DNA of 64,000 nt from positions 63,116,001 through 63,180,000 of the forward strand of contig NC_043009.1 of NCBI RefSeq assembly GCF_006345805.1. Reading direction: 5' to 3'. This document shows positions 1 through 12,409 of the stretch, piece after piece. The position numbers and the translations under genes are program-made. Under the pieces are notes generated by a model. That model made no database searches. It was not told the origin of the DNA and was given only the letters and a program-made list of their open reading frames with translations. The stretch is from Octopus sinensis. Taxonomy: Eukaryota. The first letter of the stretch is position 1; every line of letters starts with the position of its first letter.

Positions 1-318
1 TAAATATAGAACAAAATAACAAAGGTCTCAGTCATTGTCTCCATGAGGCCCAACGCTTGAAAGGAGCTTGTGATAGCTTCAGTTATCATCAGGAGAAGAG
101 CTTTCAATATTTATTTAAATAGCTCCTGTACTTTCTTAATGAGGCAAAACGTCTCTGATGTTTATTTCCCCTCTAATGTATTATGATGCATCTAATAGCT
201 TTTGGACAATACGTTTATCATAATATAAAGAAGTGATTTTAAATTCTCAAACGCAGGATGATGCTAATAATATAGCCTGAACAGGATAAGGTACCCCTAT
301 TTTGCAGAAATAAGTGTT

Positions 319-402
319 GGCGGCTGGCTATGAGACTCGAATTCACACCTCCGTGAATACGTGTCGTGGTGCTCTTAACCATTAAGCTAAACCATTAAGC
401 TA
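319..402 (-). mobile_element. tRNA-derived (Pol III) head of a degenerate repeat, related to 56055-56123
   Basis: Minus strand TAGCTTAATGGTTAAGAGCA (A box, in a 13-bp tandem duplication) and TTCGAGTCTC (B-box-like). Shares both ends with the 56055 copy. Confidence 0.5.
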
Positions 403-520
403 GTAATGTTTATATGAAAGATGTAGACTTAGAGTTTTATTTTTGTTTTTTTTTTGTTTTTAGGAGTAATGGTTTAGCAATTGCAATGTAATAATTTGTT
501 ACAATTCTCGTCTTTTATAG

Positions 521-602
521 ACTCATCTTATTTTAATCAGTCTGGATTATAGAGACGAGAAAAGCCATTCAGAACAGGACCATTCAGAGAAAGATTTAAG
601 AG
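521..602 (+). CDS. ANO: Anoctamin exon ([28 protein letters not shown])
   Basis: tcttttatag acceptor; gtaaga donor at 603. Open frame, phase 1 end joins 2191 to give [11 protein letters not shown]. Confidence 0.8.
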
Positions 603-3600
603 GTAAGATATAGTTTTATATATACAGACACACACACACACAGTGTGTGCAAAAAAAATACATACACACACACACTCGACAGGCTTCTCTCAGTTTCCGT
701 CTACCAAATCCACTCACAACGCTTTGGTTGACCCAAGGCTTATAGTAGAAGACACTTGTCCAAGGTAGCATGCAGTAGGACCGAACTCCCAACCATGTGT
801 TTGGTAAGCAAGCTTCTTACCACACAGCCATGTCTGCGCCTTATACATATAATTGGCGCATAGATAATTATCTGTGTGGTGCATATCTGTATTATAAATG
901 TGCGAGCAACTGTGTGTGTGTCTTTTTGTGTGTATATGTTTATATTTTGTAATTGTTATCGAAGCTCGGGTCAAAACTTTGCAAATTGCCCAAGGGAAAT
1001 AACTCTTGCTTTTGTAAACGAGTTGTTTTCCATGAAATTCCGTGTCAGTGAGGATTTTTCCAACGAAGTTCGATTTAATACTTCATTATCGATCTATCCG
1101 ATTTAATGATGTAAGCCGATAGAGGAAATATTTTTATCGTCATCGTCATCCCTATCATCATCGTCGTCATCGTCATCATCATCATCAACGTACGTTTTCC
1201 AAGACTTCACGGGCTGAGTCAGTTCTTATTTGGATCAACTATTCTCGAGTGTGTTCGCACTTGTGTTGTGTGATCGTCATTGACCTCCTCCTCCTCCTGG
1301 CCCCTCCACCTCCTCCTCCTATTCCCCGTCCTGCTCCTCCCCCTCTCCTCATCGAGGGGACTTATTCTTTGTAAGCCTTGTACTTATTCTATCGGACTCT
1401 TTTTGCCGAACCGCTAAGTCACGGAGACGTAAACACACCAGCATTGGTTGTCAAGCAATGGTGGTGTTGGTGGTGGGGAACAAACACAGACACACAGACA
1501 TATATACGACGGGTTTCTTTCAGTTTCTGTCTACCAAATCCACTCACAAGGCTATGGTCAGCCCGAGGCTATAATAGAAGACACTTGCCCAAGGTGTCAC
1601 ACAGTGGGACTGAACCTGGAATCATGTGGTTGGTAAGCAAGCTTCTTACCACACAGCCACTCCTACACCTATAAAGCACCATCCGATCGTAGCCGTTTGC
1701 CAGCCTCGCCTGGCACCTGTGCCAGTGGCACGTAAAAGCACCCACTACACTCACGGAGTGGTTGGCTTTAGGAAGGGCATCCAGCCATAGAAACATTGCC
1801 AGATCAGACTGGGCCTGGTGCAGCCTTCTGGCTTCCCAGACCCGAGTTGAACCGTCCAACCCATGCTAGCATGGAAAATGGACGTTAAACGATGATGATG
1901 ATGATATATATATATATGTGCGAGCAACTGTGTGTGTGTCTTTTTGTGTGTATATGTGCATATTTTGTAATTGTTATCGAAGCTCGGGTCAAAACTTTGC
2001 AAATTGCCCAAGGGAAATAACTCTTGCTTTTGTAAACTTCGCTCTGGTTTCCGACTTTATTTGGAATTTTTATATATATATATATTATATATATATATAT
2101 AGTAATTATTGTTGATGCTTGTTTATTAATTTTGATGAGTATTTTTTTTACTTATTTTTTTACTTTTTCTGTTTCATTCTTCAAATTTAGGTTTGCTTTA
2201 TTTGCTAAAACACGAAGTGTACCAGGATTCTTTCATCCTGCACGATGACATCGATGAACTGGAACAGAAAACGGTTGAAAGTCTGAAATCTTCAGAAGAC
2301 AAAACATCCAGTGATACGAAAAGTGAATCGTATGGGCATGTCTGTGATTCCCGTCTCACCATTTCTAAAAGATGGACAGTTTTCTGGAAGTTTCAACCTC
2401 TTTGGAAAATTCGAAATTATTTTGGGGAGAAAATAGCATTCTATTTTGCTTGGACCGGTATGCTAATGACTTCGCTCTGGTTTCCGACTTTATTTGGAAT
2501 TTTTATATTTTGTTATGGTCTGAACTTAAGGTAAGGCATCTTTGATAAAATCGTATTTATTCATTTGTTTGTTAATAATTTTTTTTACTTAACTAAAATG
2601 AATAGATTGGAATTTTAACTATGAATTTTTTTATTCGGAATCCTAATAGCCACACCCATGAAAATAATTTTAACAGCATCTCAGCAACTGTTTCTAATAA
2701 TTAAACAGCTCTCTTAATTTCCATATTCTTAATTACTTCAGTCACTGCTTTCATACAACTAACTCCATTCCTGATCCTTTTCTGGGGTAGATTCTTTTCC
2801 CTATCTCATCCCTAATCTTTATTCAACAATCTCTCAGAGTGACATTTTACGCTTCTTTCTTTTTCTTTTTTCTTGTAATTAAATCCGAGAGTGTTGATAT
2901 CATTTTGAATAAGTTTTTTCTTAACGATGGTCTTCTTCATTTTGATACATTTTCTTGTTTTCAATGTGAGTGATGTGACTGTTGTTCTTCTTGCACAACT
3001 GTCAGTTGACGCCTGCAACATAAGACAGGGATGTGGTGGTGGGCATTCTAGAGGAATAACATTTGAAGGAGGAAGGACAAAGGAATAGTAAAGTTAGTGC
3101 AATACTTTGGCAGGGTGGTAGACACTAAAAGGGTAGCAATAAGAGGGGAGATGGCAGAGTCAGGTGGGCCTGAGTAACAGTACTTACTTGTACTTGTGAC
3201 AGTGTTCACCCAGGGCAGGTTGAGCCGGCTTCTTCTCTGGTCCTGACAGCATAGTAGGATTCATAGAAGAAGTTTTGTGGGAATATTGAATTCACAAGCG
3301 GTCCCCGACATCCCACATGCATATCCCGAGTGACAGGACGCCCTGTTTGCCGCGGAGTATCCACAGATGCAGGGACAGAATGACCTCGAAGCCGCCGGTT
3401 GCCGATCAGACGCCTCTTGGAATTTTCACCAGAGCCCTGTTGGCCAGGATGCAGCCCTAATACCACTCGGTGCCAGACCAGTCCGCCTTGGGTGGCCCTA
3501 CCAGGATCTGAAGTTCCCGACAGCATAGCTCTGACACTGCCCATTTACACCACCCTACCGCTTTGATGAGGGGTTGGACTGTAGGGAGGACTTTAGGGAG

Positions 3601-6600
3601 TATCACTGAGTAACAGTGATACAAGGTCAGCTGGCTTTGAAGAATACCTGCTATTGGAGTTAATGATAAGAATGGCAGAGTAGTGAGATAGCAGGTGTGC
3701 ATACAACAGGTTGGGTTGAAGGGTGTTGCTTGTGAGCGACTTCATGTTAACCAGTCCTTTTTGTGAATGTAGCCCACAACATAAATTGAGATGTTATTTA
3801 ACAGTAAATGTAGGTACCATTTTTACTAAATCTGGGTACTATTTTATAGCAAATGCAGGTACTACTTTATAAGAAATGGAGGTACCACTATATAGTAAAT
3901 GAAGGCTCATGGGTTGATTTCCTGGATTCTATGGCGTATGTGTTCCCCCCAGCTGGACGGGACGCCAGTCCATCGCAGCGTTACTCAAGAAACAGGAAGA
4001 AAGAGTGAGAGAAAGTTGGGGCGAAAGAGTACAACAGGGGTCACCACCACCTCCTGCCGGAGCCTCGTAGAGCTTTTAAGTGCTTTCGCTCAATAAACAC
4101 ACACAACACCCGGTCTGGGAATTGAAACTGTGATCCTCTGACCGCGAGTCCGCTGCCTTAACTACTGGGCCATTGCGCCTCCACATAAATGAAGGTACTA
4201 ATACTTAATGGCAAACTGAGGTACTACTTTACTTTAAACATAGGTGGTACTTATAAAAATTGTAGGAACTACTTTAACCCTTTCATTACCAACCTGGCTG
4301 AAACCGGCTCTGAGTACAAATGTCTTGTTCTCATTATTTGGAATTAAAATTTTCCCCCAATCACAATTTATGTTCCTAACACTAGCTTAATGATAATTAA
4401 GTTATTTTACTAAATTCTTTGTTATATTTAAAGTAATTGAAAGAAACACAGAACATCTCAACAGAAATATGGTAACAAAAGGGTTAAAATATATAATACA
4501 GAAACCATTCTTAACCCTTTTGATACCAATCTGGCTGAAACTGGCTCTGGCTCTGTAATAGAAGTGTCTTGTTTTCTTAAGTTTTGAATTAAAATCTTCC
4601 ACCAAATTTTAGTCACAATTTATGTTACCAACACTAGCTTAATGGTAACTAAGTTATTTTACTAAATTCTTTGTTATATTTAAAATAGTTGAAAGAAACA
4701 CAGAGCATCTCAAAATAAATACAGTAACGAAAGGGTTAAGGTAAATCTAAAAACTACTTTATAGTGAATCAATTTATACAGTAAATATAAATGCTATCTT
4801 ATAGTAAGTGCTGGTACTAGACTATAGTAAGTGTATGTACTATTTTACGATAAATATAGATACTAACTTATCAAAAATCCAGGAGCTGTTTTATAGTAAA
4901 TATATGTACATTTTGTTATAAATTTAGGTGCTTTGCTATTACAAATGTAGGTTCTTTGTAATAAAAGTTAATTAAAAAAAAAATACAGGTACAGATGAAT
5001 TTCTTCTGCAGCTGATTAAAGGTACGAATAGGGTTAATTACTTAATGCAGAAAATAATTTTTGTTCATCAGGTGTTCTCAGACTGACCTCTGGTAAGTTG
5101 GTTTCTTTTAGGTCATGAAAATTAGTTTTTTTAGTCATGTTTGATTCTCTCCTTTCCATTCCATTGCATGCTTTGTTGTAGTTTCCTTTGTTTGTTCTAG
5201 ACAGATGTAGTAACTAACATCACTCTATGCATATATGTGTGTATATATATATATACTAGCAGTATCGCCCGGCGTTGCTCGGGTTTGTTTCGACCCTTTA
5301 GAATTTGAATTTTTGAAAAGTAAAAATTTTGCATTATGTAGCTTTTTATTCTCTTTAAGTGAACATTTTTCTGGTTTGAAATACACCGAAAAATGATGAC
5401 ACAGCAGTCAAAAAATCGTAAAATATAGGGATTTTCATTGAAAAAAAAAGCACCTTTTTGATGAAAATAATTTTTGGTGTTAACATGGTCCGATTTGAAT
5501 TTTTTTTTCCATGGAATGAAGAGCAAGCCTTCTTCTATCATACTCTCAATTTTGGTCAAGTTGCACCGCATACATAGAAAATACACAAACATGGACATGC
5601 AAGCACATGAATATGCAGGATACATACATACAGATGCACACACATACATACATACATACATATGCATACATGTACATGTATGCACAGACACACACACGTG
5701 CGCACGCACACACATATCATTCTGACATATATCAGCATCTATCAGAATGAAATGAAATCCAAGTCAAATGGGTTGCAAGAACATCTTGATATACATATTT
5801 ATGTAAACAAACATAAGAGCTGATAGATTTTCAATATGGTAAATATACATACATGTAATCTTATACAGCTGTATTTGTACACACCCACACATAAATGCAT
5901 CTAGATTCACTATTACTAATTTAGAGCCTCACATAATGCAAATGTTTCTGAAAATTAGTTTAGCCATCAGAATCAAAAGATGCAATGCACCTGCGCACGT
6001 TGCACACACTTTAAGCGATAGTTTTGATACTGAGCAAAAGGCAGAAATCTTTCTGCTTTCCTGACACTGGATTTAATGTATGTTGGATTTTTCACCCACA
6101 GCACATTGTCAGACAACAGTCACGTGTAACTGTATATACATGCATACATTTTTCTCTTTGAAAATCTAAGAGAAAGAGGGTAACTATGGACAATTGCTTT
6201 GAAACCACTGTTCTTTATACCTAGATTATAAATTCACAATTATTGCAATTAATAACAAGAGGATTCAGAGAGTGCAAACCTCCAACAAGGCCACACCAAC
6301 GGCCCTCTCAAATGATTAGCCAGAGATGATTTTTAAAATGAGAATATCTGAAATAAACTCGACTGCTGTCACAAATGAGAATATCAAAAATGAACCAGGG
6401 CTGCCAGAAGGATGCTTGAGGGCTGCCTGAGGGTTGCCAAAGGGATGTTTGAGGGCTGCCTGAAGGATGCTTGAGGGCTGCTTGTGGCTCTGAGAGCTGT
6501 GGTTGGGAACTGATGGTACAGAGACAAGAGAGGACAAGTAATAAACATCATGGAAGCTCCTCCACTGGAAGATAGAGATTCCTTCTGAAGAAAAGTTTGG

Positions 6601-7212
6601 AGCAAAGCGAGGGAATCCAATCATGATGTTCTGTGGCTGCAAGGAAGAAATGCAAAGAATTCTTTGTCTCTGCTTTACACCAAGACATACAGTGTCAATG
6701 GTGAAACTCTTAATTCAAAAGCCACCAAGGACGGTTGGGTGGGGGTCAGTTTTATGGGGATGACATCTTTGGGTTTGCTGTATAAGCCTGTTTTGGAGTG
6801 GAGGGGTGGGATACACTCTTGCTACATGACTGTGTGTGGTGTGTGGGAGTCGTATGTGTGTATTAATGTCTTGGCATCATGTGGTAATTGCAAACAAACA
6901 TCACCATCTTACAGGCATTGCCCTTCATTTCTGGTCTCCCATAAAATATGTATGTCTCACGATGGGGAAATATTACCTTGCTTGGGGACAGGTGAGGGTT
7001 GGCGACAGGAAGAGCATCTGGCCACAGAAATATCTGCCTCTGGGAATTCTATTCAATTGATGTGAGTGTGGAAAGTGGACTTTAAAAAGATGATGATGAT
7101 GATGATGATGATAACATGTACATTTAAATATATATGTATATGCATGTATGTATGCATGTATGTATCTATCTATCCATCCATCTGTCTGTCTGTCTGTCTG
7201 TCTATCTATTTA

Positions 7213-7285
<73 letters not shown>

Positions 7286-7291
7286 ATGTAC

Positions 7292-7353
<62 letters not shown>

Positions 7354-10300
7354 ACTGAAATTGAAAGTAAAAAAAAAATTGTGCCTTTGTCCAACATCAA
7401 AACCTTACCCATTTATTATGAAATTATTCTTTGAATTCCATGTCTCAAATATTACCAACTTCATAATGGATTCATTTACTTTTTATATTTAACTCTGATT
7501 ATTCCTTCTTTCAACTTAGAAATATTTATTCTTTTTGCCAGTATAATCCTTGCCTATATGAGGCAGCATGTTCTTCAGTTCCATATATTTTCTATCAAAC
7601 TATAAAAGCGAGACGCCTTAGCTTTGAATTCTTTAGATATAAAAAGAAAAACCATATTTCTTTAATTGTAAGATCTTTGAAAAGAATACCAAGTGATTTC
7701 TCTTTCATTATATTTGCATCGTGTAATAGGAATGCTTTTTTGATTTTACAATTGAAATAAATTTATCCAATCATTGGAATCGGTTTTTTCTCCTTTTCTC
7801 TACACATCTTGGCATGCTCCAACTTTTCATATGAGACTAATATTTTTATTATTGGGTAACATGTTTCTTTTAAAACTCTTTTTAAAATTCTTTTAAAACT
7901 CTTTTAAAATTCTTTTTGTCTTTTATGTTTAAAAAAATAAATAAGCAGGAGTGGCTGTGTGGTAAGTAGCTTGCTAAGCAACCATGTGGTTCCGGGTTCA
8001 GTCCCACTGCGTGGCATCTTGGGCAAGTGTCTTCTGCTATAGCCCCGGGCCGACCAATGCCTTGTGAGTGGATTTAGTAGACGGAAACTGAAAGAAGCTC
8101 GTCGTATATATGTATATATATGTGTGTGCGTGTATGTTTGTGTGTCTGTGTTTGTTCCCCTAGCATTGCTTGACAACCGATGCTGGTGTGTTTACGTCCC
8201 CGTAATCTAGCGGTTTGGCAAAATTGACCGATAGAATAAGTACTGGGCTTACAAAGAATAAGTCCTGTGGTCGATTTGCACGACTAAAGGTGGTGCTCCA
8301 GCATGGCCGCAGTCAAATGACTGAAACAAGTAAAAGAAAAGAAAAGAATAAAATGTCCGAATAATAATGATTTATAACATTGGCAACGGGCTGAACAAGG
8401 TCCCATTTCATGACTGGTACAGATTTTATTGATTCCAGACGGATTAACAGCTTGGGTTGAAATGACATTTGTGCAATGGATATGTGTATGCATTTGTGTA
8501 CACACAGACACACAAACAAACACACGAATTGTTGAAACAGAAGACAAGATAGCAATATGTTCAATGATGCATGGCATCACCAGTGCTCTTTTATTTTTAT
8601 TCCAAAAGTGAAAGATGGCAAAAATTTCTCCCTATCTCTGACTTTCTGTTCATTGTTGGACAATATATGATATGATGCTTCTCAACATGGGCGTAGGAGT
8701 GGCTGTGTGGTAAGTAGCTTGCTTACCAACCACATGGTTCCAGGTTCAGTCCCACTGCGTGGTACCTTGGGCAAGTGTCTTCTACTACAGCCTCGGGCTG
8801 ACCAAAGCCTTGTGAGTGGATTTGGTAGACAGAAACTGAAAGAAGCCCATTGTATATATGTATATATATATATATGTATGTGTGTGTATATGTTTGTGTG
8901 TCTGTGTTGGCAACCTATGTTGGTGTGTTTACATCCCCGTAACTTAGTGGCTTGGCAAAAGAGACTGATAGAATAAGTACTTTGCTTACAAAGAATAAGT
9001 CCTGGAGTTGATTTGCTTGACTAAAGGTGGTGTTCCAGCATGGCCGCGGTCAAATGATTGAAACAAGTAAAAGAGTAAAAGAGTAACTAAACATAAACTG
9101 CATCATTTTGAACATTTGTTGTATAAAGTGACTCCATAAGAAAGAGTGTGAGATGTTGTTGACTCACCCTGATCCTATTTTTGCTGAGTGAATTTCAAGA
9201 ACGATCATTTTCTCTGTGGAGGTGTTTTGAAAGAGTTCAAATGTTGGTAGAATCAGCTCTTGAATGTGTTTTCTGTTAAACTTATATAAGACACAGTTTT
9301 ACTATGACCTGATCCACAGTGTATCAATGTTTTGTATAATTATGTTTATGTCTGTAAAAAGTAATTTTCGCTTGTTTGAAATTAATTAAATGAGGTTAGA
9401 ATAGGAAAGGAAGAGATAAATGTCTAGTTTAAGTTGAACAGAAAATAATCATCTAATTAATATTTTTCTAATTATGAATAATTTTTCTTTTTCAGTATTG
9501 GCCTCAGTAACAGCAGTGGTTTTTATAATGAAACATCAACAATTGACCAGTAAGTAGACTTAGAGAATTGTTGAGGTTGTTATTACTGTCTTTGCACCCT
9601 CAGTATCATCTCAATCACCCACACCAGCAGCAGCAGCAGCTGATGGGAAGAACAGGAGGAGAGTATTAATCGCTGCCTAGCTTTTTGTTCAGTTCACATC
9701 CCTGCTTGATTTCACTGTGCCTTGTCTTGAATTTTCTATGGGGTCAAAAGTAGTTTCAGCTTATGAGCATTTCAGGTGATGAATGGCCTAAAGGAATGAA
9801 TTGAATTCGTAAACTGAGGTTCCACTATATTTGAGGTCCCTGGATGAGACTTGGAACAACTTATGTAAAACAATGCAGCTGCAGCAGCAACAACAACAAC
9901 AACAACACCAAAGTACCAGAGACTAATAATTATTACAATGCTGGGAACATGGGAGGGGGTGATTTTTGAAATTTTGGACATTTGCATATTGTTATAGAGG
10001 AAATTATTCTGCATCTCGGTGGCCCTTGTTAGACCCTTTTATTTCAAGCTATGAGGGGAGTTTGTTGTTAACCAGGCAGTTGAGCTGTTATGTTTCTTGT
10101 CGTGGAGTACATCATAGCTTAGTGGTTAGGGTACTTGGCTCATGGTTATAATGTCGTGAGTTCCATTCCCAGTGGTATGTTGTGTCCTTGAGCAAGACAC
10201 TTTATTTCCCAGTGTTCCAGTCCACTCAGTTGGCAAGAATGAGTCGTACCTGTAATTCATAAGGGGCCAGCCTTGTCACATTCTGTGTCATGCTGAATCT

Positions 10301-12364
10301 CCTTGAGGACTACTTTAAGGGTATGTATGTCTGTGGAGTACTCAGCCACTTGCACATTAATTTCATGAGCAGGCTATTCCCTTGATTGGATCAACTGAAA
10401 GACTTAGCGTTCTGACTGACAGAGTGACAGTTAACACAAAGCCTAGACTCATCATCAGGTTGTTAGATACTCGTTGCCTTACCTCTCCTCTCATTGTATT
10501 GTTTTCCTCTCAAATTCAGCATCATCAATCCCAAACTTGTCAGCATCAATATAAAATTCATCATTGTCAGACTCAATTTCATTATCGTCAAAATCCAATC
10601 ACATTGTCATCAACTTTAATTTTATGATATCGTTAGAGAGACCTGTGTCTCATGTCAGTTCACAAGCTGTCACCTTGTATTTTATTTACAGCAAACCGTT
10701 GAATAGCACAACCAGTCATTGAATGATGACAGGAATATTATAAGAGGGACCTGTCTCTCATGTTTCTTCACAATGCCTCCCTTTCTGGTGTCTGTTGCTG
10801 AAGAGGTGATAACTACCCTGAAAAGCATGTATCCCACAGTCTGGTTAGGGAATGCTGTGAACTGACTCTGTATTTACTCCTATTTGTCTACAGCGAGAAA
10901 CTTTCTCCATCACAAAATACAGTCAATGGCTTTTCTTGCAGGTTCGAATTTGCTTCAAGAATATTTTGAACTGGGAACAAGGGTTGAAATGATAATGATG
11001 TCCAAATATTTATACTTATATGTCTGGGTGGATTTTAGATTTTTTTTCCTTTTTCACATTTCAGGATCAAAAGGACTATGAATGATGTCCTGTTGGTGAT
11101 CAGGGAATCTTTTGATAATAACATAACCCCTTACTTTGCCTTAATCATCTGTTTGTGGGGTAAGTATAAATACTTCTGATTATATGGAAGAGATATGCCT
11201 TCCTAATGAATAGTTAATTAATAATGATTTCAAATTTTGGCACAAGGCCAGCAATTTAGGTGGGGTGGTGGTAAGTCAATTACATTGACCCCCAGTACTC
11301 AACTGGTACTTATTTTATCGACCCTGAAAGGATGAAAGGCAAATGTGACCTTGGCAGAATTTGAACTCAGGATGTAAAAATGGATGAAATGCTGCTAAGC
11401 ATTTTGCCTGGCATGCTAACGATTCTTTCAACTCATTGTCTTGAATGAATAATTAATATTAATTAATCTAATGAAAAGGATTTACAGTATTTTGTTCATT
11501 CTCTTCAACAATCTGAATTATAATTATGCCCCAAGGTTTATTTTCATTTTCATCCTTTGGGAGTCTTTATAAACTATATTCAGTGGTGGACTGGGTCTAA
11601 AAATATTGGTTACCAGGAGACTAAGGGGGCCCACCAGCAACAACGAGGGGGCCCACTCGCAACAACAATGCCATCATTTAATTTTTATTTTCTGTTAAAA
11701 GTATTCTTTTCAACTGTCTACAAACACAGTCAAGCTGAAATAATTAATGCATTCTTCCAGGAGTGAATAAAAAATTCTCAAACTTGAGGGGATGAGTTCC
11801 TTAGATACTAACATAGGTCCCCATATATGGATTCTAATGGCGCAGGGGCCTTCTTACCATTGGGCAAGCTGGCGACCTGGCCAGTCTACCACTGATTATA
11901 ATATAAAAAGACTATTTTGATGGCTTAGCGTCAACTTTTGTGGAATAATTGTTGGTTTCAGAAAGAAAAAAAAAAACTATTTAGAAATATTTAGGTAGAT
12001 TTAAAATCTGAATTGAAGTGTCTTACACTCTCTTTTTCTTATTAAATTCCAGGCACAATATTTATGGAAGCATGGAAGAGAAAGTCTTGTGAGTTGGCCC
12101 ACCAGTGGGACGTTCATAACTATGAATTTCTCGAACCCAACAGACCGGAATTCAATGCACCAAAAATATATCAAGTAAGTTTCTAAAATGGTAATTTTTT
12201 TTCTCTTTTGTTGGAAAAAATAAAAAAACATCCTCATCATTGCATTCACTAGTCTGGCAAGCCTCCTCCTGCACCACCACCACCACCACCACCACCACCG
12301 CCGCCATCACTGCCACTATGCATCCATGCATATATGCAGGCATGCATGGATGCACACACACACG

Positions 12365-12409
<45 letters not shown>

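Larger units (their letters stand above)
3800..4960. repeat. Degenerate ~23-bp minisatellite (AGTAAATGTAGGTACTATTTTAT-like) interrupted by one SINE and two MITEs
   Basis: Repeated gtaaat.taggtact.tttat units on both sides of the insertions. Confidence 0.7.

Noticed and set aside
5012-5021. 10-nt segment with cag acceptor and gtacga donor
   Set aside because: In the phase-2 frame it reads AGC TGA (immediate stop) and is not a multiple of 3.
6316-6642. Minus-strand ORFs with QAALKHP repeats
   Set aside because: They arise from a short ~30-bp GC-rich tandem repeat; no splice or homology support.
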